In this document: positions 16,350 to 24,999 of the stretch, piece by piece
Numbering within the stretch: the first letter of the stretch is position 1
Layout of the letters: each line of letters begins with the position of its first letter
Assembly (NCBI GenBank): GCA_027460535.1
Contig: JAPZAR010000027.1
Location: 120,001-152,000, forward strand
Length of the DNA: 32,000 bases
Direction: 5' to 3'
Origin: Candidatus Methanoperedens sp.
GTDB taxonomy: Archaea; Halobacteriota; Methanosarcinia; Methanosarcinales; Methanoperedenaceae
Position numbers and translations under genes: made by a program
The notes under the pieces: model-generated
Seen by the model: the letters and a program-made list of their open reading frames with translations, nothing else
Database searches by the model: none
What the model was told of the DNA's origin: nothing

Positions 16350-17576
16350 ATGGATAATGAAGAGAAAAAAGAGATGAAATGGATCTATGAAGAGATCGTG
16401 GGAAGGATCCCTCCATTTTCCCTGCTTTCGTATCAATACAGCATACTTCTCCAGTTGCTCTTCCTTCTGGTCCTCGGGCTTATGCTTGGGTTCATTTTCA
16501 ATCTGGAGCCTATCGCTCTCTTTTATGGTTCTCTGGCAATACTTGTGGCGGTGTTATGGAGCCGGCTTATCCTCCAACTTGGCCCAACTCTTCGAAAATT
16601 CAGGGCGCCACTGAGCAGGGATGAAAATGAGCTGCTTGAGAGGTACAAAGGAATTCTTTTCCATCGGAACCATTACGAAGCCATCCCCGGACTTGCCATT
16701 TTCATTCCATTCATGGTTTATCTAATATATTTTGGATCGCACTTATTGGAATACTGGCTGGGAAAAAACCCGAATCTCATATTGCTTCTGTTCGTGAGCC
16801 TTCTCATCTGGGACATCTGTTACAGGATGGGGCTCGGCATATGGACTTCCATACTTGCGCTCTGGCGATCCGTCCGGCTCAAAAGGCTTGCAGAAAAAAG
16901 GACTGAACTTGAGCATACGCCATATACCGAACTGCGCTCCCTTCGAAAACTCGATACGAATAATGTGCTCTTTGGAATGATATCACTTCTGCTATTACCT
17001 GTTCTGCAAACTGACAATTTTCTCGTAACGATAATAGTTGTTTTCATGGTCTTTGTCACTCTTATATCTGTTATTTCAGCCTACATAATCTCAAAGGTGC
17101 CCTGGCTTCCTCCTGATATATACAATCTCGTAAAAGAGTCCAGTTTCGCTTATGTTGGAACCTCTCTCAAAGGCGTCCCGCATGTCACTCCTGTGGTTTA
17201 TATTTTTGACGGGCAGAAAATTTTTTTTAACACCTCAAAAGAGGCAAAAAAATTGAAAACAATGCGCGAAAACAATAAGGTGGCTTTCTTAATAGATAAA
17301 AGGGATATGAGCAACATCTACGAGAACAAAGCCGTATTATTCACAGGCGAGGTAAAAATCTACGGCTTGCTTGATATTCCTCTGAAATTCATCCAGATGC
17401 TTGGGGCTGTCCACCTTTTCATAAAAAAATATCCTGAATACACAAGAAAATATTCGACTTCAGAATTGCCAAAAGCCTGGCAGTTGACCCCTATTATCGC
17501 AAGAATACTTGTAGAGGTAAAACCGGTTAAGATCATTTACTGGAGAGGCGCAAAACAGATCAGTGTTCCGGTGTGA
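16350..17576 (+). CDS. Fusion protein: N-terminal polytopic membrane domain plus a C-terminal PNPOx-like (FMN/F420-binding split-barrel) domain
   Basis: The first ~260 aa contain about six hydrophobic helices. The C-terminal ~140 aa read FAYVGTSLKGVPHVTPVVYIFDGQKIFFNTSKEAKKLKTMRENNKVAFLIDKRD, typical of the pyridoxamine-5'-phosphate-oxidase-like superfamily. Confidence 0.6.
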   Translation: MDNEEKKEMKWIYEEIVGRIPPFSLLSYQYSILLQLLFLLVLGLMLGFIFNLEPIALFYGSLAILVAVLWSRLILQLGPTLRKFRAPLSRDENELLERYKGILFHRNHYEAIPGLAIFIPFMVYLIYFGSHLLEYWLGKNPNLILLLFVSLLIWDICYRMGLGIWTSILALWRSVRLKRLAEKRTELEHTPYTELRSLRKLDTNNVLFGMISLLLLPVLQTDNFLVTIIVVFMVFVTLISVISAYIISKVPWLPPDIYNLVKESSFAYVGTSLKGVPHVTPVVYIFDGQKIFFNTSKEAKKLKTMRENNKVAFLIDKRDMSNIYENKAVLFTGEVKIYGLLDIPLKFIQMLGAVHLFIKKYPEYTRKYSTSELPKAWQLTPIIARILVEVKPVKIIYWRGAKQISVPV

Positions 17577-17577
17577 T

Positions 17578-18060
17578 ATGAGAATACCTGATGAAATGCT
17601 GAACATATTATATGGTAATTATTTCGGCTATTTATGCACAAGCGATAGCCTTGATCAGCCGCATCTTACCCCGGTATTTTTCGTATTTGTTGAACATTCC
17701 ATGAAAATATTTTTCATCACCAATGAGAAATCAAAAAAGGTGGGGAACATTTCCGAAAACCCCAATATCAGCATAACCGTAGATATTCGAGATCCGATAA
17801 ATCCATTCAACAATGAAGGGGTCATGGCACAAGGCAAAGCGGAGATTACGGAGAGAGGGCCCATCTATTTCCTGCCTGAAGAGACGCTTCAGCTTTACCG
17901 TGATATTTACCTGGAATTCAAGAGCAAATACCAGGCTGTAATAGAGAATCGACCTCTGGGAGAGAATGATGTGATAGTTCAGATCAGCATCGAAAAAATG
18001 GTTTACTGGAAAGGACCTCATTTTAAATCCGTGCGAATCAAAGAAGGTAAAGTAATGTGA
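17578..18060 (+). CDS. PNPOx-like (FMN/F420-binding split-barrel) protein, soluble paralog of the preceding C-terminal domain
   Basis: The segment GYLCTSDSLDQPHLTPVFFVFVEHSMKIFFITNEKSKKVGNISENPNISITVDIRD is present. The ATG at 17578 lies 1 nt after the upstream TGA (17574-17576). The track start at 17563 is a GTG inside the upstream gene. Confidence 0.6.
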   Translation: MRIPDEMLNILYGNYFGYLCTSDSLDQPHLTPVFFVFVEHSMKIFFITNEKSKKVGNISENPNISITVDIRDPINPFNNEGVMAQGKAEITERGPIYFLPEETLQLYRDIYLEFKSKYQAVIENRPLGENDVIVQISIEKMVYWKGPHFKSVRIKEGKVM

Positions 18061-18695
18061 TGTATATCGATACCTGCACTTCGCGTAATAAAATGTTCTC
18101 GCGGATAACGCCAGGATCAAGAGTGCTGGAAATTGGCTGCGAATCCGGCAGGCTTGCGAATCTTCTGACACTTAAGAAAAAATGCATGGTTTATTGCGTC
18201 GAGAAAGATCCGGTAATGGCAGTAATTGCGGGAAATAAATGCGTGGAGATACACAATATTGATGTTGAGAATACCGATCTCCCATTTGAAACTGGATTTT
18301 TCGATTACATCATCCTTGGAAATGTCCTTGAACATATGAGGGAACCCGCTGAAGTACTGTCCAGACTTAAGAAATTTCTTTCTGACAAAGGTTTCCTGAT
18401 ATATTCTGTCCCGAACATCGTCAACTGGCATTCGAGAATGACCATTTTTTTTGGGAAATTTGAGTATGCGGAAAGCGGTGTTTTTGAGAAAAGCCATCTG
18501 CGTTTTTATGATCTCAACTCTGCAAAAAAGCTTGCAAGTGACGCAGGATACATTCTTATCTGGCTGGATGTTACACCGAGTATCTATCTTTTTAAAGAGA
18601 GATTGAATTTCTTATGGTACAGGCTTGCAGTGCTCTGGAAGAACCTTTTCGCCGACGAGTTCATTATTCAGGCAAGAAAAGCAGTGCAGCTTTAA
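18057..18695 (+). CDS. Class I SAM-dependent methyltransferase (MetW-like)
   Basis: The SAM motif I is VLEIGCESGRLANLL. FDYIILGNVLEHMREP is present. SVPNIVNWHSRMTIFFGKFEY...SHLRFY resembles the MetW-type C-terminal region. The start is GTG at 18057 or ATG at 18060, overlapping the upstream TGA (18058-18060). Confidence 0.7.
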   Translation: MMYIDTCTSRNKMFSRITPGSRVLEIGCESGRLANLLTLKKKCMVYCVEKDPVMAVIAGNKCVEIHNIDVENTDLPFETGFFDYIILGNVLEHMREPAEVLSRLKKFLSDKGFLIYSVPNIVNWHSRMTIFFGKFEYAESGVFEKSHLRFYDLNSAKKLASDAGYILIWLDVTPSIYLFKERLNFLWYRLAVLWKNLFADEFIIQARKAVQL

Positions 18696-19354
18696 GAGTA
18701 CATGGGGTTGTAGCTCTGGCGAAGCGCCATGCCTATCTGCTCAATGAAAATCTCGGGAGGCTGCGCGCCCATGAACGACGTGTCCTCATTTATCACAATG
18801 GTCGGAACGCTCATCACGCTGTATCTCTGGGCAAGATACGGGAATTCCGTCATCTCGATCACATCGGAACGAATGAATTCATTTTCAATGGCGAATTGGT
18901 GCGCGATCCTCGCCGCTCTCGGGCAATAAGGGCATGTTGGTGAAACAAACACCTGTATATGGACTGGTTTTTGAATCTCGGCCAGCCTTTTCTTTATATT
19001 GTCGGGTAAGGATGTGCTGCCTCTAGATGCATCCAATATATCCTCAATTATAACAGGAAACTCATAACCCGCGGGAACACCGTAATACCTGATGTGGTAA
19101 TCTCTTTTTCCCACAATTGCGATGGCCGGGATATTTTTTATGTTGTATTTGAGGTCTTCATCGCCATTTAATACGAAATCATAAACTTTTGTTTTTATCC
19201 TTGGTGATAAAGTCCCCAGTTCAAGCACTATATCGCGCGCTTCCTTGCAGAACTGGCACTCCAGCTCCTGAGTGAAAACTATGAGCTCAACATCTCCGGT
19301 CAGTTTATCCAACTGCTTTTTTATCAGTTCTTTCTGGGCAGGATTGAGGATCAT
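18692..19354 (-). CDS. Glutaredoxin-like protein disulfide oxidoreductase (two thioredoxin-fold units, PDO type)
   Basis: Two CxxC sites are present (CQFC and CPYC) in a 220-aa tandem thioredoxin-fold layout. SVPTIVIN provides the cis-Pro loop. It is convergent with the methyltransferase, with a 4-nt overlap. Confidence 0.8.
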   Translation of the reverse strand: MILNPAQKELIKKQLDKLTGDVELIVFTQELECQFCKEARDIVLELGTLSPRIKTKVYDFVLNGDEDLKYNIKNIPAIAIVGKRDYHIRYYGVPAGYEFPVIIEDILDASRGSTSLPDNIKKRLAEIQKPVHIQVFVSPTCPYCPRAARIAHQFAIENEFIRSDVIEMTEFPYLAQRYSVMSVPTIVINEDTSFMGAQPPEIFIEQIGMALRQSYNPMYS

Positions 19355-19359
19355 GCATC

Positions 19360-19539
19360 TTATTCAACAGATTTAAGAAGTTTTTCTACCCTCTCGAAGA
19401 CTGTTTTCATCTCTTTCAGCTCCGACAGGATCATATAACTTAAGTAAATGGATATCAGGCCAAGAATTGCTACCACAATTATCAGTGCATATACCGACCA
19501 TTGCGTGCTTGAATCCGACAGCCATGGCATCATCTGCAT
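19360..19539 (-). CDS. Small single-pass membrane protein (59 aa), not in the supplied track
   Basis: The minus-strand ATG at 19539 is preceded by GGAGGA. The product is MQMMPWLSDSSTQWSVYALIIVVAILGLISIYLSYMILSELKEMKTVFERVEKLLKSVE, with a TAA stop at 19362-19360. It sits 10 nt after the ArsR stop and 5 nt before the PDO start. Confidence 0.5.
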   Translation of the reverse strand: MQMMPWLSDSSTQWSVYALIIVVAILGLISIYLSYMILSELKEMKTVFERVEKLLKSVE

Positions 19540-19549
19540 ATTTTTCCTC

Positions 19550-19837
19550 CTACTTTGTTAACTCCTTAATCATACTTAATGACAGTATTAATTCAAAATT
19601 CTTTGCTTTGTAAAATTTCTTTGTATAAGGCGGCTCTTCAAAATGTCTTATTTCGCTCTCCACAAGACCTGCGTTTTCAAGTTTTTTTAGGTGCAGGTAT
19701 AGAAGTGGACGTGATACTCCCACTTCCTTGGCAAGTTCTGAGACATAGCATTCATCCTCCGCAAGAACAGCCATAATGGAAAGGCTCACCTCGTTCCCGA
19801 GCGCATTTAATATTTCTGAAAGAGCTTTTTTATCCAA
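19550..19837 (-). CDS. ArsR-family winged-helix transcriptional regulator
   Basis: The HTH region is LSIMAVLAEDECYVSELAKEVGVSRPLLYLHLKKLENAGLVE. The start is a TTG at 19837, with GGTGA 4 nt upstream. Confidence 0.8.
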   Translation of the reverse strand: MDKKALSEILNALGNEVSLSIMAVLAEDECYVSELAKEVGVSRPLLYLHLKKLENAGLVESEIRHFEEPPYTKKFYKAKNFELILSLSMIKELTK

Positions 19838-19922
19838 TGGTTCACCAATTAACTAAAAGAATCTGAAAATATTTAAAATAAAAGGGATCTATCTTTTAGC
19901 CTTCTATAAAAAGACTGGAAGT

Positions 19923-20777
19923 TTACTCAACCTCCAGTATTCTTAAAAAACCTCCGTGCCATGTGTGATACCAAACTGCACCAGTGTAACTGTTGACACT
20001 CAGCATTCCGTAGATCTTGCCGTCTTTCGTCACTTCAATCGTGTAGTAGCCATAAAAAGCATCCGCATCGCTAACTTTTGTTCCTGGCAGCGCCCTGTCG
20101 AGGTAGCTCTGGGCGAGAACCAGCGCCTGCTTTTCTGTCACATTTGCCTGTGCCTGCGTATTCCAGCCCATGTGCCCGTATTTAGTGTTCCACATCATGT
20201 TGGGACCCATTTCCGGCATAACTGCGCCCGTATATTTATTGACCAGAAGCTCAAAGGCATATTTATCCGTGCTTTTCTCCTTTACACCCGCATAGAAATT
20301 GTTCTCAAATTCCATGACTTCTGAAAGTTTAAGATCAATATTGCCCGAGGCGGTAAGATGTTGTTCCACTGCTTTTTTCGCATCTTCGATGGTTATGGAT
20401 GTTGAATTCACCCCGGCATAACCGCCGCAGCCATAGCTGCCATTACCATAGCTTGCACCATATCCCATCATTCCGCCGCCCATCATCCCACCCGTATAAC
20501 CATTTCCATATCCAGAGCCCATCATTCCAGACGCATTTCCGTAGCCGCCCATCATACCTTTTCCATCCCCAGCGCCGGATCCCATCATTCCGCCGTCCAT
20601 CATCCCACCCGTATAACCATTTCCGTATCCAGAGCCCATCATTCCATACCCGGCTACATTTCCATAGCCGGCCATCATGCCATTACGGAACCCGCCATAG
20701 GAAGGTCTTGCGACCACATAGCCTGCTCCCAGCACGATAATGATTGCTGCTACCGCCGCAATTGTTTTCATGTTCAT
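19923..20777 (-). CDS. Exported or anchored protein: N-terminal TM/signal, Gly/Met/Tyr-rich low-complexity module, then two PepSY-like domains
   Basis: The hydrophobic N-terminus is MNMKTIAAVAAIIIVLGAG. A ~95-aa G/M/Y-rich segment contains eight MM dipeptides. The C-terminal halves ITIEDAKKAVEQHL...LLVNKYTGAVMPE and VTEKQALVLAQSYLDRALPG...LSVNSYTGAVWYH resemble PepSY folds. I placed the start at the ATG at 20777, with GGTGA 5 nt upstream. The track start at 20786 is a GTG inside that SD. Confidence 0.7.
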   Translation of the reverse strand: MNMKTIAAVAAIIIVLGAGYVVARPSYGGFRNGMMAGYGNVAGYGMMGSGYGNGYTGGMMDGGMMGSGAGDGKGMMGGYGNASGMMGSGYGNGYTGGMMGGGMMGYGASYGNGSYGCGGYAGVNSTSITIEDAKKAVEQHLTASGNIDLKLSEVMEFENNFYAGVKEKSTDKYAFELLVNKYTGAVMPEMGPNMMWNTKYGHMGWNTQAQANVTEKQALVLAQSYLDRALPGTKVSDADAFYGYYTIEVTKDGKIYGMLSVNSYTGAVWYHTWHGGFLRILEVE

Positions 20778-20805
20778 ATATTTCACCTTTAATTACTTAT
20801 TTCAT

Positions 20806-20824
20806 ATGTAAGTTTTTCTTACAT
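20806..20824. promoter_or_regulatory. Candidate operator palindrome at the promoter of the Gly/Met-rich protein gene
   Basis: The sequence is ATGTAAG-TTTTT-CTTACAT, with perfect 7-bp arms. It lies between an AT-rich TATA-like tract (TATATAATTTATATTA, 20826-20841) and the start codon at 20777. Confidence 0.3.
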
Positions 20825-20935
20825 TATATAATTTATATTACTAAGGTATAAAGATTTCGTCGTTTTGACTGATAGCAAAAAAAACATAAGGATTTTAAGG
20901 GATTAAGCCTTTATCGGGCGAAAGGAAGTATTTGA

Positions 20936-22168
20936 ATGGAAATCCAGAGACCCCGCGGCACACGTGATTTTCTCCCCACAGAGATGGCAAGGCGAAGGTA
21001 TGTCGAGAACAAACTGCGTGAGGTTGCAGAGAGGTGGGGATACGGGGAAATTAAGACGCCCACTTTTGAGCATATCGAGCTTTTCACCATAAAGTCCGGG
21101 GAAGGCATACTGGGCGAGATTTACAACTTCAGGGATAAAGGGGACCGCGAGATCGCACTGCGCCCGGAACTCACTGCGCCCGTGGTAAGGATGTACGTAG
21201 AAGAACTCCAGAGGTCGCCAAAGCCCCTGAAATTCTATTATTTTGATAACTGTTTCAGGTATGAGCGCCCCCAGAAAGGGCGCTTCCGCGAGTTTTTCCA
21301 GTTCGGCGTGGAGATCATAGGCAGTTCACGTCCGGAGTCAGATGCTGAGGTCATCGGGCTGGCTGTAGAAATGTTAAAAAGCGCAGGTGTAAAAGGAGAC
21401 CTGCACGTAGGGCATCTCGGCATAATCAGGGCTTTGCTGAAAGATACGCTGCCCGAACTTCAGAGCAAGATAATGAGGCTAGTAGATAAAAAAGACGACA
21501 AAGGTCTTGAGGAATTCCTTGATGAGATAAATGCTCCTGATGACGTGCGCGGGAAGCTATTCCGCCTCATAGGGCTTCGCGGGATCAATGCAGTGCCTGA
21601 AGCGCGGCAGCTTGTGGGCGATATAGAAGCTGTTTCGCAGTTCGAAGAGCTCCTTGATCTTCTGGACATCTACGATCTTGAATATCAGGTGGATCTCGGT
21701 ATTGCAAGGGGTCTTGACTATTATACAGGTATGGTATTTGAGATATACTGCGAGGGACTCGGCGCACAGAACCAGGTTTGCGGGGGAGGTTCGTACCGCC
21801 TTGCACAGTTGTTCGGGGGGGAGGACACACCTTCTACAGGTTACGCCATCGGATTTGACAGGATCATGGAGATTTGTGAAGCTAAGCCCGCAGAAATAAA
21901 ACGAATAGTGGTCGTATCGTTTGATGACACGCGAAAGGAGGCAATTGTTATCGCAAAGAATCTGAGAGAGCATGTCTCGACATATCTGGACGTGATGGGG
22001 CGCAAGTTCAAGGATCAGATTTCCTATGCCAACACCATAGGCGCAAGCCATGTGGTGATTGTTGGGAAGAACGAGCTTGATGCAGGGAAGGTGGCGCTCA
22101 AGGATATGAAGACTGGCGAGCAGGAGCTGGTGACGATGGAGGAAGTGGTGGGGAGAATGATTACATAG
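20936..22168 (+). CDS. hisS: Histidyl-tRNA synthetase
   Basis: [14 protein letters not shown], class II motif 2 ([18 protein letters not shown]) and a C-terminal anticodon-binding domain are present. The length is 410 aa. Confidence 0.93.
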   Translation: MEIQRPRGTRDFLPTEMARRRYVENKLREVAERWGYGEIKTPTFEHIELFTIKSGEGILGEIYNFRDKGDREIALRPELTAPVVRMYVEELQRSPKPLKFYYFDNCFRYERPQKGRFREFFQFGVEIIGSSRPESDAEVIGLAVEMLKSAGVKGDLHVGHLGIIRALLKDTLPELQSKIMRLVDKKDDKGLEEFLDEINAPDDVRGKLFRLIGLRGINAVPEARQLVGDIEAVSQFEELLDLLDIYDLEYQVDLGIARGLDYYTGMVFEIYCEGLGAQNQVCGGGSYRLAQLFGGEDTPSTGYAIGFDRIMEICEAKPAEIKRIVVVSFDDTRKEAIVIAKNLREHVSTYLDVMGRKFKDQISYANTIGASHVVIVGKNELDAGKVALKDMKTGEQELVTMEEVVGRMIT

Positions 22169-22339
22169 ATTTTAAGCTTTCGATATTCTCCTTTACAATT
22201 TTAGCGCTTCTAACATCCTTTAACTCTTCAAATAAATCTAGCGACATCTGGTCAGCCATTTCAATACAACCATACATCCCCTCTCCCGATTAAGTATAAA
22301 TACAAGTTATACCAGACATAAACATTGGAGCTAATCAAA

Positions 22340-22582
22340 ATGGAAGCCATAATGAAAGTAGGTCCCAAAGGGCAGGTAGTAATTCCTCAGGAAATCAGGC
22401 ACGCTCTGAACATCTATCCAGGATCAAAGGTGCTGTTCAGGTTAGTCAATAAAAAATTGGAGATAGAAAAACCTCCACAGGACGCAATAGCCATCTTCAG
22501 AGAAAGCGCAAAAGGCATGGGTAAACTCAAGTTCCATCCTCATGAAGCGTATGAAGAGGAACTGGAAGAGAGGATAAATTGA
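22340..22582 (+). CDS. vapB: AbrB/SpoVT-domain antitoxin (VapB-like)
   Basis: MKVGPKGQVVIPQEIRHALNIYPGSKV is a SpoVT/AbrB swapped-hairpin motif. The product is small and has an acidic tail. Its stop overlaps the start of the PIN gene. Confidence 0.7.
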   Translation: MEAIMKVGPKGQVVIPQEIRHALNIYPGSKVLFRLVNKKLEIEKPPQDAIAIFRESAKGMGKLKFHPHEAYEEELEERIN

Positions 22583-22980
22583 ATTATTTTGATTCAAATC
22601 TGATTATCTACGCAATGCTGGATGAAACAGAAATTGGAGAGTGGGCAAGAGGGTTACTGGAACGTATGCAGAATGAGGAGATGCCTGCATGTACTTCTTT
22701 TCTCACGTTCGATGAGGTTTTTTATAAGGTGAATAAAGTCAAAGGCTCTGGCGTTGCCATTAAAAACCTTGAAGCCTTCTTAACCATGCCAAATATGAGG
22801 TTTATCGATGTTAATGATGGTGTGATATGGAAATCTCTTGAACTTATCAGGGAATACCAGCTTCTACCGAGAGATTCCATACATGCAGCAACGGCTTTTA
22901 TTGCAGGCGCAGAGACCATCTTTTCAGAGGATACGGATTTTGATAACATCCCGGGTTTAAAAAGAACATGGATGTTCTAA
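22579..22980 (+). CDS. vapC: PIN-domain ribonuclease toxin (VapC-like)
   Basis: The N-terminal FDSNLIIYA provides the first acidic residue. LPRDSIHAATA and SEDTDFDNI carry further PIN acidic residues. The start is a TTG at 22579, in a TTGA overlap with the vapB stop. Confidence 0.72.
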   Translation: MNYFDSNLIIYAMLDETEIGEWARGLLERMQNEEMPACTSFLTFDEVFYKVNKVKGSGVAIKNLEAFLTMPNMRFIDVNDGVIWKSLELIREYQLLPRDSIHAATAFIAGAETIFSEDTDFDNIPGLKRTWMF

Positions 22981-22989
22981 AATATATTC

Positions 22990-23811
22990 TCACACCCGCA
23001 CTGCCACACCCTTTCTCTTTAGATACTCCTTTGCCTCGCCAATCGTGTACTCTTCGAAATGAAAAATGCTCGCCGCAAGCGCAGCATCCGCTTTTCCTTC
23101 GGTGAATGCCTCGTACATATGCTCGAGATTCCCCGCGCCTCCTGAGGCTATTATGGGAATATCAAGAGTCTCGGAGAGCGTTCTTGTAATAGGAAGATCA
23201 TACCCATCCTTCGTGCCGTCCCTGTCCATGCTTGTAAGAAGTATCTCGCCAGAACCGAGTTTTTCCACTTTCTGCGCCCACTGCACGGTATCAAGGCCGG
23301 TAGGCGTCCTGCCCCCGTAGATGACGACCTCGTACCATGCTTTTGTTCCATCTTCAAGTTCGATAATTGTTTTATCCCGGTTGTCCCTGAGATCGGTATT
23401 GCGCCTGCAGTCAATCGCGGTTACGATACATTGGGAGCCGAATATTTCCGCTGATTCTTTCACGAAATCAGGGGACTTCACAGCAGCCGTGTTAACCGAG
23501 ACCTTATCCGCCCCAGCCCTGAGGATGCTCCGTATAGCGTCTGACCTGCTTATTCCGCCTCCTACCGTTAAGGGGATAAATACCTCATCTGCCGTTCTCT
23601 CTATCACATCGATCATCGTTCCCCTGCGCTCATGGGACGCTGTAATATCCAGGAAGACAAGCTCATCCGCCCCCTGCTCGTTATATTTCTTTGCAAGCTG
23701 GACAGGGTCTCCCGCCTCTTTTAAATTCACGAACTCTATCCCTTTGACAACACATCCGCCTTTTTTATCAAGTGTCACATCAAGGCAAGGGATGATACGT
23801 TTGGTAAGCAT
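22990..23811 (-). CDS. hisF: Imidazole glycerol phosphate synthase cyclase subunit
   Basis: [34 protein letters not shown] and ASGGAG are hallmark HisF motifs. The start is the ATG at 23811; the track start at 23862 is a TTG extension. Confidence 0.93.
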   Translation of the reverse strand: MLTKRIIPCLDVTLDKKGGCVVKGIEFVNLKEAGDPVQLAKKYNEQGADELVFLDITASHERRGTMIDVIERTADEVFIPLTVGGGISRSDAIRSILRAGADKVSVNTAAVKSPDFVKESAEIFGSQCIVTAIDCRRNTDLRDNRDKTIIELEDGTKAWYEVVIYGGRTPTGLDTVQWAQKVEKLGSGEILLTSMDRDGTKDGYDLPITRTLSETLDIPIIASGGAGNLEHMYEAFTEGKADAALAASIFHFEEYTIGEAKEYLKRKGVAVRV

Positions 23812-24004
23812 TGCGTTCCTGTAGTTGTTTTGGAATGAAATAGTTTTTTGTGTTCTATCCAACGATTACCAAAAACTTTATATTCTATTATGCTCATTAT
23901 TATGGTGAGCAGGCATTAAGCTGTTTTATGTCACTCCACTTCCTATCCACGCCTGCTCTTTCCTATCATAAAATCTTTATGCAATCACTTTTATTGAGTG
24001 ATGC

Positions 24005-24997
24005 ATGGCTCTGACCTATGCAAAATCCGGCGTTGATATCGAGAGGGAAAATAAAGCTATAGCCGCCCTGGCAAGACAGCTTACTTATAAACGCAAAGGT
24101 CTGGGCGCCCCTTTAACGGAGGTCGGGCATTATGCAGGCCTTATTGATTTCGGGGAATATGCGCTCGCGCTCACCACCGATGGCGTGGGCTCAAAAGTCC
24201 TCATCGCGAATGAGATGAAGAAATGGAACACAGTGGGGATCGACTGCATTGCCATGAACGTGAACGACCTCCTGGCAATGGGTATCGAGCCGCTTGCGTT
24301 CGTTGACTATATAGCCATAAGTGAACCCGATGATGAGATAATGAAGCAGATCGGGGAAGGGCTTGCAAAAGGCGCCGAGATATCAAGGATGACCATCGTT
24401 GGGGGGGAAACCGCCACTCTTCCCGATATCATAAAGGGTTTTGATCTTGCGGGAACGTGCCTTGGGATGGTGAAAAAAGACCGGATAATCATAGGTGAAC
24501 GCATAGAACCCGGGGATGCAGTTATCGGCATTCCTTCAAGTGGGGTTCACAGCAATGGATATTCCCTGGTGAGAAAGATCATAAAGCAGGCCGGCTACTC
24601 CTATTCAAATCCATTCCCTTATAATAGAGATACCACAATCGGAGAAGAACTGCTCATTCCCACAAGGATCTATATGGAAATACTTGAGGCGGCAGGCAAG
24701 CTCGATATTCATGGCCTTGCCCACATAACAGGCAGCGGCCTTATGAAACTCCACCGCATAACCAGATACGGGTTCGATATCAGCGACCCGTTAGAGCCCC
24801 AGGCAATCTTCAGGTTCCTTCAGGAAGAAGGGAATGTAGAGGATGTTGAGATGTACAAGACCTTTAACATGGGAATGGGTTTCGTGGTCGTATTGCCGCA
24901 CAATGAAGCTAAAAAAGCTTCCGAGATGTTGGGCGGAAAGATCGTTGGAGAGATCGTGGAGGAAGGGATCCTTGTAAAGGGTCTGAAGATAAAGTAG
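24005..24997 (+). CDS. purM: Phosphoribosylformylglycinamidine cyclo-ligase (AIR synthetase)
   Basis: LTYAKSGVDIE, TTDGVGSKV, DCIAMNVNDL and GGETA are PurM motifs. The length is 330 aa. Confidence 0.9.
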   Translation: MALTYAKSGVDIERENKAIAALARQLTYKRKGLGAPLTEVGHYAGLIDFGEYALALTTDGVGSKVLIANEMKKWNTVGIDCIAMNVNDLLAMGIEPLAFVDYIAISEPDDEIMKQIGEGLAKGAEISRMTIVGGETATLPDIIKGFDLAGTCLGMVKKDRIIIGERIEPGDAVIGIPSSGVHSNGYSLVRKIIKQAGYSYSNPFPYNRDTTIGEELLIPTRIYMEILEAAGKLDIHGLAHITGSGLMKLHRITRYGFDISDPLEPQAIFRFLQEEGNVEDVEMYKTFNMGMGFVVVLPHNEAKKASEMLGGKIVGEIVEEGILVKGLKIK

Positions 24998-24999
24998 AA

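Noticed and set aside
20399-20740. A 113-aa + strand ORF with a striking His/Ser/Pro repeat (HPYNHF.IQSPSF...), which could be mistaken for a metal-binding His-rich protein
   Set aside because: It is the antisense translation of the Gly/Met/Tyr repeat region. The minus-strand frame has a signal anchor, an SD plus ATG, and folded C-terminal domains, so it is the real gene.
23907-23958. An 8-bp GC-rich inverted repeat GAGCAGGC...GCCTGCTC in the hisF/purM divergent region
   Set aside because: The match is real, but the 36-nt spacer and lack of any supporting context (no nearby regulator, no second copy) make a functional claim unsupported.
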